This document shows, in pieces, positions 18,346 to 27,087 of a stretch of 64,000 nucleotides of DNA. The translations under genes were made by a program, and so were the position numbers. The notes under the pieces were generated by a model, which saw nothing but the letters and a program-made list of their open reading frames with translations, searched no databases and had not been told where the DNA came from. The first letter of the stretch is position 1. Each line of letters starts with the position of its first letter. Source of the stretch: Chloroflexota bacterium (GTDB lineage: Bacteria; Chloroflexota; UBA11872; JBHOQS01); the NCBI GenBank assembly GCA_042408875.1, contig JBHOQS010000018.1:13112-77111 (forward strand), in the 5' to 3' direction.

Positions 18346-20145
18346 TCATGCGCTGAACCTCGTACTGGATATCTGCCCCTCACGTACAGGCCGGCGCATC
18401 GGCTCGATTGGCAGCCAGATGGTGAAGCGACTGCCCCGGCCGGGGCGCGAGCGCACGGTGATGTCTCCACCGTGGGCGTGCACGATCGCCCGGGCGAGAT
18501 TGAGGCCCAGGCCCAGCCCGCCGTATTTGCGCGTGGTGGTCATGTCAACCTGGTAGAAAGCCTCAAAGACGCGCTGGAGATTTTCTTCCGAGATACCGAC
18601 GCCCCGATCAGTCACGGTGATCTCCACGCAGGGGGGCAGCGCTGCGGTGCTCTCAGCCTCCCCGCCACGGCGTCGTCCGGTCCGGGACCGGTACCGCGCC
18701 GAGATAGTCACCGGCTGCCCGGGAGCGGAGTACTTGAGTGCATTGCTCACCAGCACGTCGAACACCTGACCGATGCGCCGCCGATCGCATCGCACGCGGG
18801 GAAGCGCGGAGGGAAGTTTCAGCGTCACTGAGCGGCTGGGCCAGCGCGCACTCTGGGTGTTAATAGAGCGCTGGAGCAGCTCCACCAGGTCAACCTCTTC
18901 CAGGCTCAGCGCCAGTTCCCCTGAACTGGCCGTCGTCAGGTCAACGAGCCCCTCAATGAGCTCCTGAAGGTGCCGCGCTTCCTGCTTGATCACCTGCACC
19001 GGCCGCTCCAGCGCCGCGACATCCGGCACCGCCGCAGGCCCATGCTCGTCGCGCAGGGAGCGCAACCGGCGCTCCAGCAGCTCGCTGTATCCCCGAATTG
19101 CCGTCAGGGGCGTGCGCAGCTCGTGGTTCACGATGGAGAGGAACGTGTCTTTCGCGCGGGTGAGTTCCCGCTCTCGTTCGACCTCGCTGGCTTGTCTAGC
19201 AAATACCCGGGCGTTCTGGATCGCCAGGGCAACGTAGGCAGCGAAGCCATGCAGGAGAGCAAGCTCACGTTCGCCGAATCGGCCCGGCCGGCGGCTGAGC
19301 ACGGTAATGACACCGAACAGAGCGTCGTGATAAAAGACAGGCACCGCTGCACCGGCGACAAAGCCGAGCTCCGCCAGGAACTCGGCGTGGCTGACCCGTT
19401 CGTCGGTGCGGATGTCCAGGACTACGGCTGGGCGGTGATGCGACGCCACCCACCCGCTGAGGCCCTGTCCGAGTGGACGCCGCCATGCGCGTACGGCGTC
19501 TGGCACCCCGTAGGCACCCCGTGCAATGAGCTCGGTGCCTTCCAGTGCTAGCACAATGCATGCATCGGCGTTCATCTCCCGGGCGGTGAGCTCGCTGATC
19601 AGCTGGAGGCGCTCGTCCAGGTCCATCGGCGCGGCCAGGGCCCGGCCGATGGTCAGCAGGCTGCTCTCCAGGCGCCGGGCACGCTCCTGCACCTGCGCGA
19701 GCAAGGCCTGCTGCTCGCGGAGAGCAGCAGCGCGGGCACGCAGGTCGCGGACTACCAGCACGTACCATGGTTCCCCGGAAGTGCGGTGGCTCGGTGCGGC
19801 CGAGACCTCGACAGGCACCCGCGCGCCCGTGCGATCGAGCACTGTGATCGAAGCCAGCGCCGGCGCATCGCCGCGGCGCAGCAGGCGCCGGAACAGCACC
19901 TCCCCGCGGTGTCGCTCGTCCGGGGGGAGCAGGTCGCGGAAGGAACAGCCGGCAAGTTCCTCGCGCGAGTAGCCGCTCAGCCGCTCGCCCGCGCGATTCA
20001 CGAACATGATCACACCATGCCGGTCCAGCGCGAGCACAGCGTCGGCCAGTTCCTCGACGAGCTCGGGGAGGTCGGTCATTTCGAGACCTGCCCGCGTGCC
20101 CGGGTGCTGCGAAAGCCAAGGTGCCGGTTGGCCTTCCGTCACCAT
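18346..20145 (-). CDS. PAS-GAF sensor histidine kinase
   Basis: It has a PAS-like N-terminus, a GAF-like middle, HisKA FLSIVNHELRTPLTAIRGY and a HATPase_c C-terminus (GGLGLGLNLARAIVHAHGG). A start at a downstream Met is possible. Confidence 0.85.
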   Translation of the reverse strand: MVTEGQPAPWLSQHPGTRAGLEMTDLPELVEELADAVLALDRHGVIMFVNRAGERLSGYSREELAGCSFRDLLPPDERHRGEVLFRRLLRRGDAPALASITVLDRTGARVPVEVSAAPSHRTSGEPWYVLVVRDLRARAAALREQQALLAQVQERARRLESSLLTIGRALAAPMDLDERLQLISELTAREMNADACIVLALEGTELIARGAYGVPDAVRAWRRPLGQGLSGWVASHHRPAVVLDIRTDERVSHAEFLAELGFVAGAAVPVFYHDALFGVITVLSRRPGRFGERELALLHGFAAYVALAIQNARVFARQASEVERERELTRAKDTFLSIVNHELRTPLTAIRGYSELLERRLRSLRDEHGPAAVPDVAALERPVQVIKQEARHLQELIEGLVDLTTASSGELALSLEEVDLVELLQRSINTQSARWPSRSVTLKLPSALPRVRCDRRRIGQVFDVLVSNALKYSAPGQPVTISARYRSRTGRRRGGEAESTAALPPCVEITVTDRGVGISEENLQRVFEAFYQVDMTTTRKYGGLGLGLNLARAIVHAHGGDITVRSRPGRGSRFTIWLPIEPMRRPVREGQISSTRFSA

Positions 20146-20355
20146 AGCAGTACTGCTGCAAAATTGCCAAGAACAACGGGAACGGCAGTGCCGATGGTGT
20201 CGAGCGCGCAGCGCGCCCGCTTCACAGGTGGTAACGGCTTTCCGCCGGCCAGGATACTACCCAGTATACGCTGCGGACAGCGTGCTGGCTCTGGGCGTGC
20301 GCTGGGAGCTGCCACCACTCGTGCGGTATCTGTATACCACTGCACGGTATACCGT

Positions 20356-20379
20356 ACGTACCATGCAAATACGTACCAT
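20356..20379. repeat. Direct repeat ACGTACCAT x2 (15-bp period), next to GGTATACC-type palindromes
   Basis: The copies are at 20356-20364 and 20371-20379, in the 316-nt intergenic region upstream of the kinase gene. Confidence 0.8.
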
Positions 20380-20461
20380 ACGATTATGTGCAATTATTGG
20401 AGCCGTGATTGCAGCAGCAATTGTAGCACGGCGCGGCACGCCATGCTGCCGGCCACCAGAA

Positions 20462-21820
20462 TCACGCCACCCAGTGCCCCCGTACAAACAAGGCAGTTAA
20501 CAGCCCCAGGAGCGGCAGCGCTAGGGCTAGATACATTCGCTCAAGTAGACCTGAGCCGTTGCTCCACTTTGCCAGCAAGATGAACACTGGCACGAGCATG
20601 AGCATGTAACGGTTGATGCTCCACAGGGTGAACGTGGAAACGGTCGCGGCCAGCACAGCGGCGCAAAAGACGCCGTAGCTGGGGCGCAGGCGGGCCAGGA
20701 TGAGAGGCGTAACGGCGCAGGCGCTCACCAGCAGGGCGTAATCGAGCACCTGCATGGTGCGCCATGCCCAGGGCGAGTGCAGCCGCGGCGAGAGATAGGC
20801 TGGAGCTGCTGCCAGACCAAGCAGCAAGCATACTTGTTCAAGCCGGGGCAGCCGCCGTGTAATCCACAGGACCAGCGCCAGGACGCCGGCCAGTGCCGCC
20901 AGAGTAGCGCTGAGCAGGACCGGCGGGAGTGCCTGCGCACCCTGGACAATCTCGCCGGCGATCGCCGGGGTCCTCTCCAGGAAGCTGAAGTCGGTCTCGC
21001 CCCAGTACGCCTTGGCGTTTCGAAAGAGCAATGGATCGCCGAAGCGCATCCACGTGTAGCCTGCGTAGATCGCCAGACCCGCCGGCACCAGCAGCCCCCA
21101 GAGCAGGCCGGCCCATCTCCGGCCGGGCGCACGGCGCGCGACGCTCATGTATTCCCATACCCAGAAGAGAGCGAAGAGGACGCCCACCGGCCGGGCGAGC
21201 GCCGCCAGGCCGCCCAGCAGGGCCCCCGCCGCCCAGCGTTGCTGCCGTGTCAGGTACATCGCCGGGATGAGCAGGGCCAGGAAGAGCGCTTCCGCGTAGA
21301 CGCTGGCCAGGAAAAACGACGACGGGAAGGCCAGCAGGTATAGCACGGCGCGCCGCGCTGCCGGTTCCGGCAGGTCCAGCCGGGCGAGGCGGTAGAGGAA
21401 GAGCATAGCGACGAGGACAGCGGCATGGGTGATGAGCAACCCGGCCAGGACATAGTCCCCCACCAGAGTTGAGAGCGCACGGATCGCTAGCGGGTACAGG
21501 GGAAAGAACGCCGCAGCCTGCTCCCAGGTGTACCCGTTCGCGGCGATGCCGATGTACCAGTCGGAGTCCCAGTGCGCCCACATGGCCAGCAACGGGTGAG
21601 GCGAGAGGCGTATAGAGGAGACCAGCGGCTCACCGTCCGGGGCGGGGCCGAGCACCTGCCAGGCGAGCAGGCCGGTGAGGGTGAGAGCGGCCCGCCACGC
21701 CAGCACCAGCGCGCAGATAACTACCCACCACGGCGCCGCACGGCCGCCTGCTCGATCACTGTGCGGCGCGGCTGCACGGGTGCGGGACGTGCTGGCAGGC
21801 GCTATGGGTGGCTGGACCAT
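20462..21820 (-). CDS. Polytopic membrane glycosyltransferase-like protein (PIG-V / mannosyltransferase-like GT-C candidate)
   Basis: The motif MWAHWDSDWYIGIAANGY followed by FFPLYP resembles PIG-V-type mannosyltransferases. It has more than 8 TM segments. I chose ATG 21818-21820 (SD GGGGAG). ORF 20462..22009 adds a low-complexity Ala/Gly/Pro/Arg extension. Confidence 0.55.
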   Translation of the reverse strand: MVQPPIAPASTSRTRAAAPHSDRAGGRAAPWWVVICALVLAWRAALTLTGLLAWQVLGPAPDGEPLVSSIRLSPHPLLAMWAHWDSDWYIGIAANGYTWEQAAAFFPLYPLAIRALSTLVGDYVLAGLLITHAAVLVAMLFLYRLARLDLPEPAARRAVLYLLAFPSSFFLASVYAEALFLALLIPAMYLTRQQRWAAGALLGGLAALARPVGVLFALFWVWEYMSVARRAPGRRWAGLLWGLLVPAGLAIYAGYTWMRFGDPLLFRNAKAYWGETDFSFLERTPAIAGEIVQGAQALPPVLLSATLAALAGVLALVLWITRRLPRLEQVCLLLGLAAAPAYLSPRLHSPWAWRTMQVLDYALLVSACAVTPLILARLRPSYGVFCAAVLAATVSTFTLWSINRYMLMLVPVFILLAKWSNGSGLLERMYLALALPLLGLLTALFVRGHWVA

Positions 21821-22075
21821 CACGGGCTCCCCGGCCGGGCCGCCTCGGCCGGGAGCAGGCCGGGCTGCTTGCGCAACCCCCCGGCCAGCACCGGGCTGGC
21901 GCTGTCCCGCGGCGGCATGCCGGGCACTTCCTCCACGCAGTGGGTCGGCAGGACACCGGTCGCCAGCGCCTGGTGCGCCTGGCGCTGCGCTGCCAGCACG
22001 TCCATCCATCGAGGCATACGCAGGTCTATGTGCTTCCTTCCTTCGTTACTCTCTGGTACTGGTAATGCTCTGTCA

Positions 22076-22125
22076 AAATCTTTAACTTAAATCTTTAACT
22101 TAAATCCTTGTTAAAGATTTAAGTT
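22076..22125. repeat. AT-rich element: AAATCTTTAACTT x2.6 tandem followed by its inverted copy GTTAAAGATTTAAGTT
   Basis: The tandem units start at 22076, 22089 and 22102 (partial), and the inverted arm is at 22110-22125. It can form a 14-bp AT-rich hairpin (CTTAAATCTTTAAC / GTTAAAGATTTAAG) just downstream of the stop at 22130. Confidence 0.85.
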
Positions 22126-22129
22126 TTGA

Positions 22130-22939
22130 CTACGTAGAACCTAGCCAGGCGCGCAAGACCTCCGCATGCTGCGGCAGGGCTACCTCGGGTTCCTCGATCT
22201 CAGGATGCCATTTCTTCTCCCATTCGGCACAGTACCACCCATCGTAGCCGAGGCGCTTGAGCTCCGCCAGCATCTGACGGACCGGCACCTCGCCCTGCCC
22301 CAGCAGCACGAGCTGCCAGCCGCCATCGACGCGACGGGCGTCTTTGATGTGCACGTGTAGGATACGGCCGGCCAGGTAGCGCGCGGTTTCCTGTGGAGAC
22401 TCACCCATGCGATACGGGTGGTGCGCATCCCAGATCGCGCCGATCTCAGGATCAGGCACGCGCTTGAGCACCTGGGCAACGGCAGAGCCGGTGGAAAAGT
22501 CGTCGTGCGTCTCCAAGGCGACCCTGGCTCCCGCGCTCCGCGCAGCCTGGGCGACCCGGCGCAAGGAGCCGGCCATATAGTCGTACACTTCCTCAGCAGG
22601 CACGCCAGCCGGGAGGTTCCCGCCGAAGACGCGCACGAGCGGGCACTCGAGCTGACGTGCGAGCTCGAGGAAGTCGATCAGGCTCTGTTCGTTTTTCTGG
22701 CGTTCCTCAGGATCCGGGCTGCTCAGCCGCGCGGATGAGCCGAGACCGACGATACTGATGCCTGTCTGCCCGGCCACGCGGCGGATCCGCTCTCGCTGGG
22801 CCGGTTCCATCGGCGCCTGGATCAGTTCGCCATCAAGCAGGCGCAGTTCAAGCCCCTGGTAGCCGTACTGCTGCGCCGCCTCGATGGCGCGCTCAAAAGA
22901 CCATCCCGGACAGCCTAGCGTGCTGAATGCCAGCTTCAT
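22130..22939 (-). CDS. Xylose-isomerase-like TIM-barrel protein (sugar phosphate isomerase/epimerase family)
   Basis: MKLAFSTLGCPGW...GYQGLELR...ETHDDF...HVHIKD is the pattern typical of the AP_endonuc_2 / TIM-barrel family. Confidence 0.8.
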   Translation of the reverse strand: MKLAFSTLGCPGWSFERAIEAAQQYGYQGLELRLLDGELIQAPMEPAQRERIRRVAGQTGISIVGLGSSARLSSPDPEERQKNEQSLIDFLELARQLECPLVRVFGGNLPAGVPAEEVYDYMAGSLRRVAQAARSAGARVALETHDDFSTGSAVAQVLKRVPDPEIGAIWDAHHPYRMGESPQETARYLAGRILHVHIKDARRVDGGWQLVLLGQGEVPVRQMLAELKRLGYDGWYCAEWEKKWHPEIEEPEVALPQHAEVLRAWLGST

Positions 22940-23076
22940 GCCTTGACCTCTCTTCTGATCCTGTGCGCCTGGCCAGGCACATCAGCTCCGGCGACGCGCA
23001 AGCCTGGCGCGCCCTAGCCTGCGGCCAGGATCTGCACGATTATAGCATCTGCCTGGCGCAGCCTCGTGGCCTGCCA

Positions 23077-23092
23077 TGGCACACCCCCTGCT
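23077..23092 (+). promoter_or_regulatory. Weaker sigma-54-type promoter candidate TGGCACacccccTGCT
   Basis: The GG (23078-79) and GC (23090-91) are 12 nt apart. The -24 element is perfect. The -12 element is cTGCt instead of TTGCW. It lies 223 nt upstream of the yvcK-like start in a 375-nt intergenic region. Confidence 0.3.
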
Positions 23093-23314
23093 CTCCCTGC
23101 CGTGACTGGCTCGCGGTGCTCACGCAACCGGGTGCCTGGGCGGGCGTTGAGAGATGCAGCCAGCGTAATTGGCTAGCCCGCCGTGGTGGAATTGACTCAC
23201 TGGGGCTGCACGTCCTACACTCACGCAGGAGTGGGACGTCTCGCTCTGGTTGCCGCCACCGGGCCGGCTAGATGGCCTACTAAATAGCCTCAGTCCTAAG
23301 GTGAGGAGCAGCCG

Positions 23315-24751
23315 TTGCGCGCCATCTTGTCGCTGCTACAGCTTAACCCAAAGTGGCTTTACCCCGGCATGGGCGTGAAGCGGTGGGTCCTGCTGCTCGC
23401 CGCCGGCGCGCTGCTGGCTGGGCTCGGTGCCGGGTATGTGCTGGCAGATCTGTACCGCACGGCGCCGTTTCCGCCGGTGTTCTACTACCTGACCCTGCAA
23501 TTTATCCCGCGCCTGGTGCGCGGCGCGCTCTTCCTCTCGCTGGGCGGGCTCGTTGCCGTGGTGGGCTTGCGCAAGCTCACCGAGTCCGTGGTTGACCTGG
23601 TAGCGCCACAACACGGGGACCTGGCCCAGAAGGCCTACGCGCAGCGCTATCTCGCTCGCCGGCCGAAGATCGTTGCCATCGGCGGGGGCACCGGGCTCTC
23701 GACGCTGCTGCGCGGCCTGAAGGAGCACACGTCCAATCTTACGGCGATCGTCACGGTGGCCGACGACGGTGGCTCCAGCGGCCGGCTGCGCAACGAGCTC
23801 GGCGTGCTCCCAATGGGCGACCTGCGCCAGTGCATCGCTGCCCTGGCCGATGCCGAGCCGCTGATGACTCGCCTGCTGGAGTACCGCTTCAACGGCACGC
23901 TCAAGGACTCCGGCCTCGATGGCCATAGCTTTGGCAACCTGTTGCTGGCGGCCATGACTGGCATCTGCGGTGACTTCGACCGCGCGGTGAAGGAGTCGAG
24001 CCGGGTCCTGGCTGTGCGCGGCCAGGTGCTTCCGTCCACGCTCGACCATGTGACGCTCTGTGCCGAGCTGGACATGAGCCCTGCGGCGCACAGGAGCGAT
24101 ACGCAGCAAAGTGCGACGGCCGGCGGCGCGGTTGCGGCAACGCTGGCGCCTGTGGCGCCGGACGCGCCTACGATCAGTCCGATCATCGTGCGCGGCGAAA
24201 GCCGTATCCCGCAGGCGGTGCTGCAGGCTGATCCCAGCGCTGGCGGCGCGGCGCGGCGGGCCTGCCGCATCAAGCGTGTCTTCCTCGATCCCGCCGCCCC
24301 CGCGGCCTACCCGGAGGCTGTCCAGGCCATCCAGGAGGCGGACATGATCGTCCTGGGCCCCGGGAGCCTCTACACGAGCGTGCTGCCGAACCTGCTGGTG
24401 CCCGAGCTCTGTCAGGCGGTGCGCGAGAGCACTGCACTGCGTGTCTACGTGGCGAACGTGGCCACCCAGCCCGGCGAGACCGACGGCTACGACGCCGCGG
24501 CGCACCTGGCCGCACTCCATGACAACTCTGGCGGCCCAGGCCTGGTGGACCTCATGCTGGTGAACAACAATACGGTGCCAGAGATCCCCGCGGCGTGGGG
24601 TGTGTCGCGCGTCCTCGTTGACGAAGGCACGACCCACCTCGATGGAGTGCGTGTCGTCACGGCTGATGTGGTCGATGAGGGGCGGCCCACCCGCCACGAT
24701 CCGGCCAAGCTGGCTGCCGCCCTGATGCGTATCGCGGCCGGCCGCGTCTGA
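23315..24751 (+). CDS. YvcK/CofD-like (UPF0052, gluconeogenesis factor family) protein with an N-terminal membrane anchor and internal low-complexity insertions
   Basis: It has KIVAIGGGTGLSTLLRGLK, TAIVTVADDGGSSGRLR and GPGSLYTSVLPNLLV. Two predicted TM segments precede the domain. The start is TTG at 23315, with ATG 23369 as an alternative. Confidence 0.8.
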   Translation: MRAILSLLQLNPKWLYPGMGVKRWVLLLAAGALLAGLGAGYVLADLYRTAPFPPVFYYLTLQFIPRLVRGALFLSLGGLVAVVGLRKLTESVVDLVAPQHGDLAQKAYAQRYLARRPKIVAIGGGTGLSTLLRGLKEHTSNLTAIVTVADDGGSSGRLRNELGVLPMGDLRQCIAALADAEPLMTRLLEYRFNGTLKDSGLDGHSFGNLLLAAMTGICGDFDRAVKESSRVLAVRGQVLPSTLDHVTLCAELDMSPAAHRSDTQQSATAGGAVAATLAPVAPDAPTISPIIVRGESRIPQAVLQADPSAGGAARRACRIKRVFLDPAAPAAYPEAVQAIQEADMIVLGPGSLYTSVLPNLLVPELCQAVRESTALRVYVANVATQPGETDGYDAAAHLAALHDNSGGPGLVDLMLVNNNTVPEIPAAWGVSRVLVDEGTTHLDGVRVVTADVVDEGRPTRHDPAKLAAALMRIAAGRV

Positions 24752-24885
24752 CGAAACTGGTCTACGGCTACGTTGCACTGAGTCTGTTCGCCTCTCCTGC
24801 ACAGTGGCGCGGGCCGGCCCTGCTGGCAGTCTTGACGACCTCTACATGCCCCCCTCACTTGTTACTATTGTTGTGTTGATGCTAT

Positions 24886-24897
24886 GGTATTAATACC
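24886..24897. repeat. Perfect 12-bp palindrome GGTATTAATACC in an AT-rich island
   Basis: Read directly, in the intergenic region between the yvcK-like gene and the metallophosphoesterase gene. Confidence 0.9.
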
Positions 24898-25012
24898 GAA
24901 TAATAATCTTGCGCCGGCCGCTGGCATGTATCCTGCGTCGGTAGTCTGGTGTGGCGCTACCCCGCGGTGCCCGTTCCCTGCGCGGCGCCCCCGCTGCAGG
25001 AGCGTCGAGTTG

Positions 25013-25021
25013 TGCTATAGT
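25013..25021 (+). promoter_or_regulatory. Extended -10 promoter candidate TGcTATAGT
   Basis: It lies 40 nt upstream of ATG 25061, and the AGGAGA SD lies between them. Confidence 0.35.
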
Positions 25022-25060
25022 GATGGCTGCGCTGATACGTAGGAGACCGAAGGTTCACGG

Positions 25061-25798
25061 ATGCGCTACGCCGTCCTCGCCGATATCCACGCTAACCTCG
25101 AGGCCTTCAAGGCGGTGCTGGAGCACGCCGGACCTGTCGAACAGTACTGGTGTCTGGGCGATATCGTCGGCTATGGTCCGCAGCCGAACGAGTGCATCGA
25201 GCTTCTTCGTTCCCTGAACGTTATTTCTGTCGTCGGCAATCATGATCTGGCCGCGATCGGCCGGCGCTCGCTGGACGACTTCAACCCGGAGGCGCGGGCT
25301 GCGGCGGAATGGACCGCCCGCCAGCTCACCGACGAATCGCGCGCGTTCCTGGCCGGGTTGCCGCAGCGTGAAGTGGTCGATCGGTTCACCCTAGTCCATG
25401 GCAGCCCGCGCGACCCCATCGACGAGTATCTGCTCAAAGAGTGGGATGCCCGCTGGAACTTCCTTGAGTTCATCACGCAGGTCTGCCTGGTTGGACATAC
25501 CCACATCCCGATTATTTTCGAGCAGGTCCAGGAGACCGGTACGGTGCCGGCGGTGCGCACACTGATCCCGCAGGAGCGCGAACCCGTGCGGCTGGACCGC
25601 CGCCGCCTGATCGTGAACCCGGGCAGCGTCGGCCAGCCGCGCGATGGCTCGCCGGATGCCAGCTATATGCTGTATGACAGCGATGCCAGCACGCTCCAGC
25701 TCCATCGCGTGCCGTACGACGTGCGAGCGGTGCAGCAGAAGATCATCGCTGCGGGGCTGCCAGCCCGCGTGGCGACGCGCCTGGCATACGGAATGTAG
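25061..25798 (+). CDS. Metallophosphoesterase (calcineurin-like, YfcE/MJ0936-type)
   Basis: The motifs are LADIHAN, GDIVGYGP, VVGNHD, VGHTH and NPGSVGQPRDG. Confidence 0.85.
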   Translation: MRYAVLADIHANLEAFKAVLEHAGPVEQYWCLGDIVGYGPQPNECIELLRSLNVISVVGNHDLAAIGRRSLDDFNPEARAAAEWTARQLTDESRAFLAGLPQREVVDRFTLVHGSPRDPIDEYLLKEWDARWNFLEFITQVCLVGHTHIPIIFEQVQETGTVPAVRTLIPQEREPVRLDRRRLIVNPGSVGQPRDGSPDASYMLYDSDASTLQLHRVPYDVRAVQQKIIAAGLPARVATRLAYGM

Positions 25799-25815
25799 GC
25801 GCGCAGGGGGGAAGG

Positions 25816-26523
25816 GTGGCTACAGAGCCGCGTTCCTCAGACCACATCACCTTCGGAGGCGGCCGCCAGTCCGTGCGGGCCGTCGTGAACGCCGTGCAGA
25901 GCGTCCGTCGTACGTGGGCGTGGCTCGACGAGACTACCCATGGCCTCGCCACGCGTGGCGTGTTGGTCGTGCTGCTCGTGGTCGTGGCGTTCTATGTCGG
26001 TTTGAACCTGGTGGGACTGGCCGGCTCCACCAGACTGCTGCCCTGGGCGCGCCCGGCCCAGCAATCTGGAACGTCGGTGCAGGAGGCCCCGGCCGAGGTG
26101 GTGGCTGAGCCGCCTTCGGCCGTTGAAGGCGCTCCACAGGAAGCCGCGCCTGCCGCAGTGACGCCGTCTGCCGGGCCGAGCGCGACCGATGCCCTCGGCG
26201 CGGCCGCGCCGCTACTGCTCAGCCTGTTCTGGCTCACCTGCGCCTATCTGTTCGACAACGAGGCCCGCCGCTTGTTCGTGCTCCACGACGACTGGGGCGA
26301 GCGCCGCAGCCCCGCGTACACCGCCGTCGCCCTGGGATGCGTTACTCCGCTGCTATTCCTGGGCCTGCTCGTTGGCGCGTGGGGGATTGTTCGCCTGGCA
26401 GTGTGGACGCTGCGGATGCAGGCGTGGATGGCCACTGGGCGCGTGCTCGCTGCGGTCGCGCTGTTCTACCTAGCGCTGCTGGCGATCCGCTGGCTGCTGC
26501 GCCCGCATCCCGCATCCAGGTAG
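25816..26523 (+). CDS. Hypothetical membrane protein (about 4 TM segments)
   Basis: It has a GTG start and hydrophobic segments (VLVVLLVVVAFYVGLNLVGL, LLLSLFWLTCAYLF and others). I recognised no family. Confidence 0.45.
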   Translation: MATEPRSSDHITFGGGRQSVRAVVNAVQSVRRTWAWLDETTHGLATRGVLVVLLVVVAFYVGLNLVGLAGSTRLLPWARPAQQSGTSVQEAPAEVVAEPPSAVEGAPQEAAPAAVTPSAGPSATDALGAAAPLLLSLFWLTCAYLFDNEARRLFVLHDDWGERRSPAYTAVALGCVTPLLFLGLLVGAWGIVRLAVWTLRMQAWMATGRVLAAVALFYLALLAIRWLLRPHPASR

Positions 26524-26525
26524 CC

Positions 26526-27077
26526 ATGGGACACAGCAGCCAGCCGCCCCAAGCGATCACGGTACAGAAGTTGTCCTTCGACGGCGCGCTCTTGGCAACA
26601 TGGACCGGGGAGGTCGTGGCCAGGGGTCCAGACGGTCTGGTACTGCGGGCCCGCTGGAGCCGGCCAGCGTATCACGGTCTTGGGGTAGTCAGCTTCGAAC
26701 CGGGCGACTGCTTCACCGAGTACTTCTACTTCTTCCGCTGGTATGCGATCTGGCGGGTAGCGCAGCCGGCGCAGCCTCCCGAGCGAGGCGGACGCCTCAA
26801 ATGCTGGTACTGCAACGTCCAGACCCCAGCCGAGCTTGTTGGACAGGTGCTGCGCTTCCGTGACATGGTACTCGATCTGCTTGTCTTGCCTGATGGCACG
26901 ATGTTTGTGCTCGACCGTGAGGAGTTCGAGCGGCTGCGCCAGACAACCTTCGATCCGTACAGCGCACAGCAGGCCGAGGCGGCGCTTGCCGAGCTCCAAG
27001 AGCTCGTCCGCCGGTGCGCGCCGCCTTTCGAGGAGCTCGCGCGCCCCAAGGCAGCCGGCAGAGACCAGGATACCTAG
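26526..27077 (+). CDS. DUF402 (FomD/Ntdp-like) protein
   Basis: The pattern FYFFRWYAIWRV...WYCNVQTPA...DMVLDLLVLPDG...LDREEFE is typical of DUF402. ATG 26526 lies immediately after the upstream stop. Confidence 0.7.
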   Translation: MGHSSQPPQAITVQKLSFDGALLATWTGEVVARGPDGLVLRARWSRPAYHGLGVVSFEPGDCFTEYFYFFRWYAIWRVAQPAQPPERGGRLKCWYCNVQTPAELVGQVLRFRDMVLDLLVLPDGTMFVLDREEFERLRQTTFDPYSAQQAEAALAELQELVRRCAPPFEELARPKAAGRDQDT

Positions 27078-27087
27078 GTGAGAGAGA

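Noticed and set aside
20588-20604. TGGCACGAGCATGAGCA, a sigma-54-like motif.
   Set aside because: The GG-GC spacing is 13 nt. It lies inside, and antisense to, the PIG-V-like coding region.
22927-23271. A 114-aa + strand ORF filling the intergenic region upstream of the yvcK-like gene.
   Set aside because: It is Cys/Arg/Trp-rich with non-protein-like composition, has no SD and overlaps the end of the neighbouring gene. It is more likely non-coding leader or promoter DNA.
23336-24802. A 488-aa minus-strand ORF antisense to the yvcK-like gene. Similar long antisense or out-of-frame ORFs: 46463..47977 (-), 39980..41497 (-), 45119..46084 (-), 28899..30437 (+), 7019..7957 (-), 19265..20176 (-), 10215..11099 (+), 59925..60935 (+).
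   Set aside because: They are typical high-GC shadow ORFs. Their composition is Arg/Ala/Pro/Gly/His-rich with no recognisable motifs. Each lies opposite, or out of frame with, a gene that has strong family signatures.
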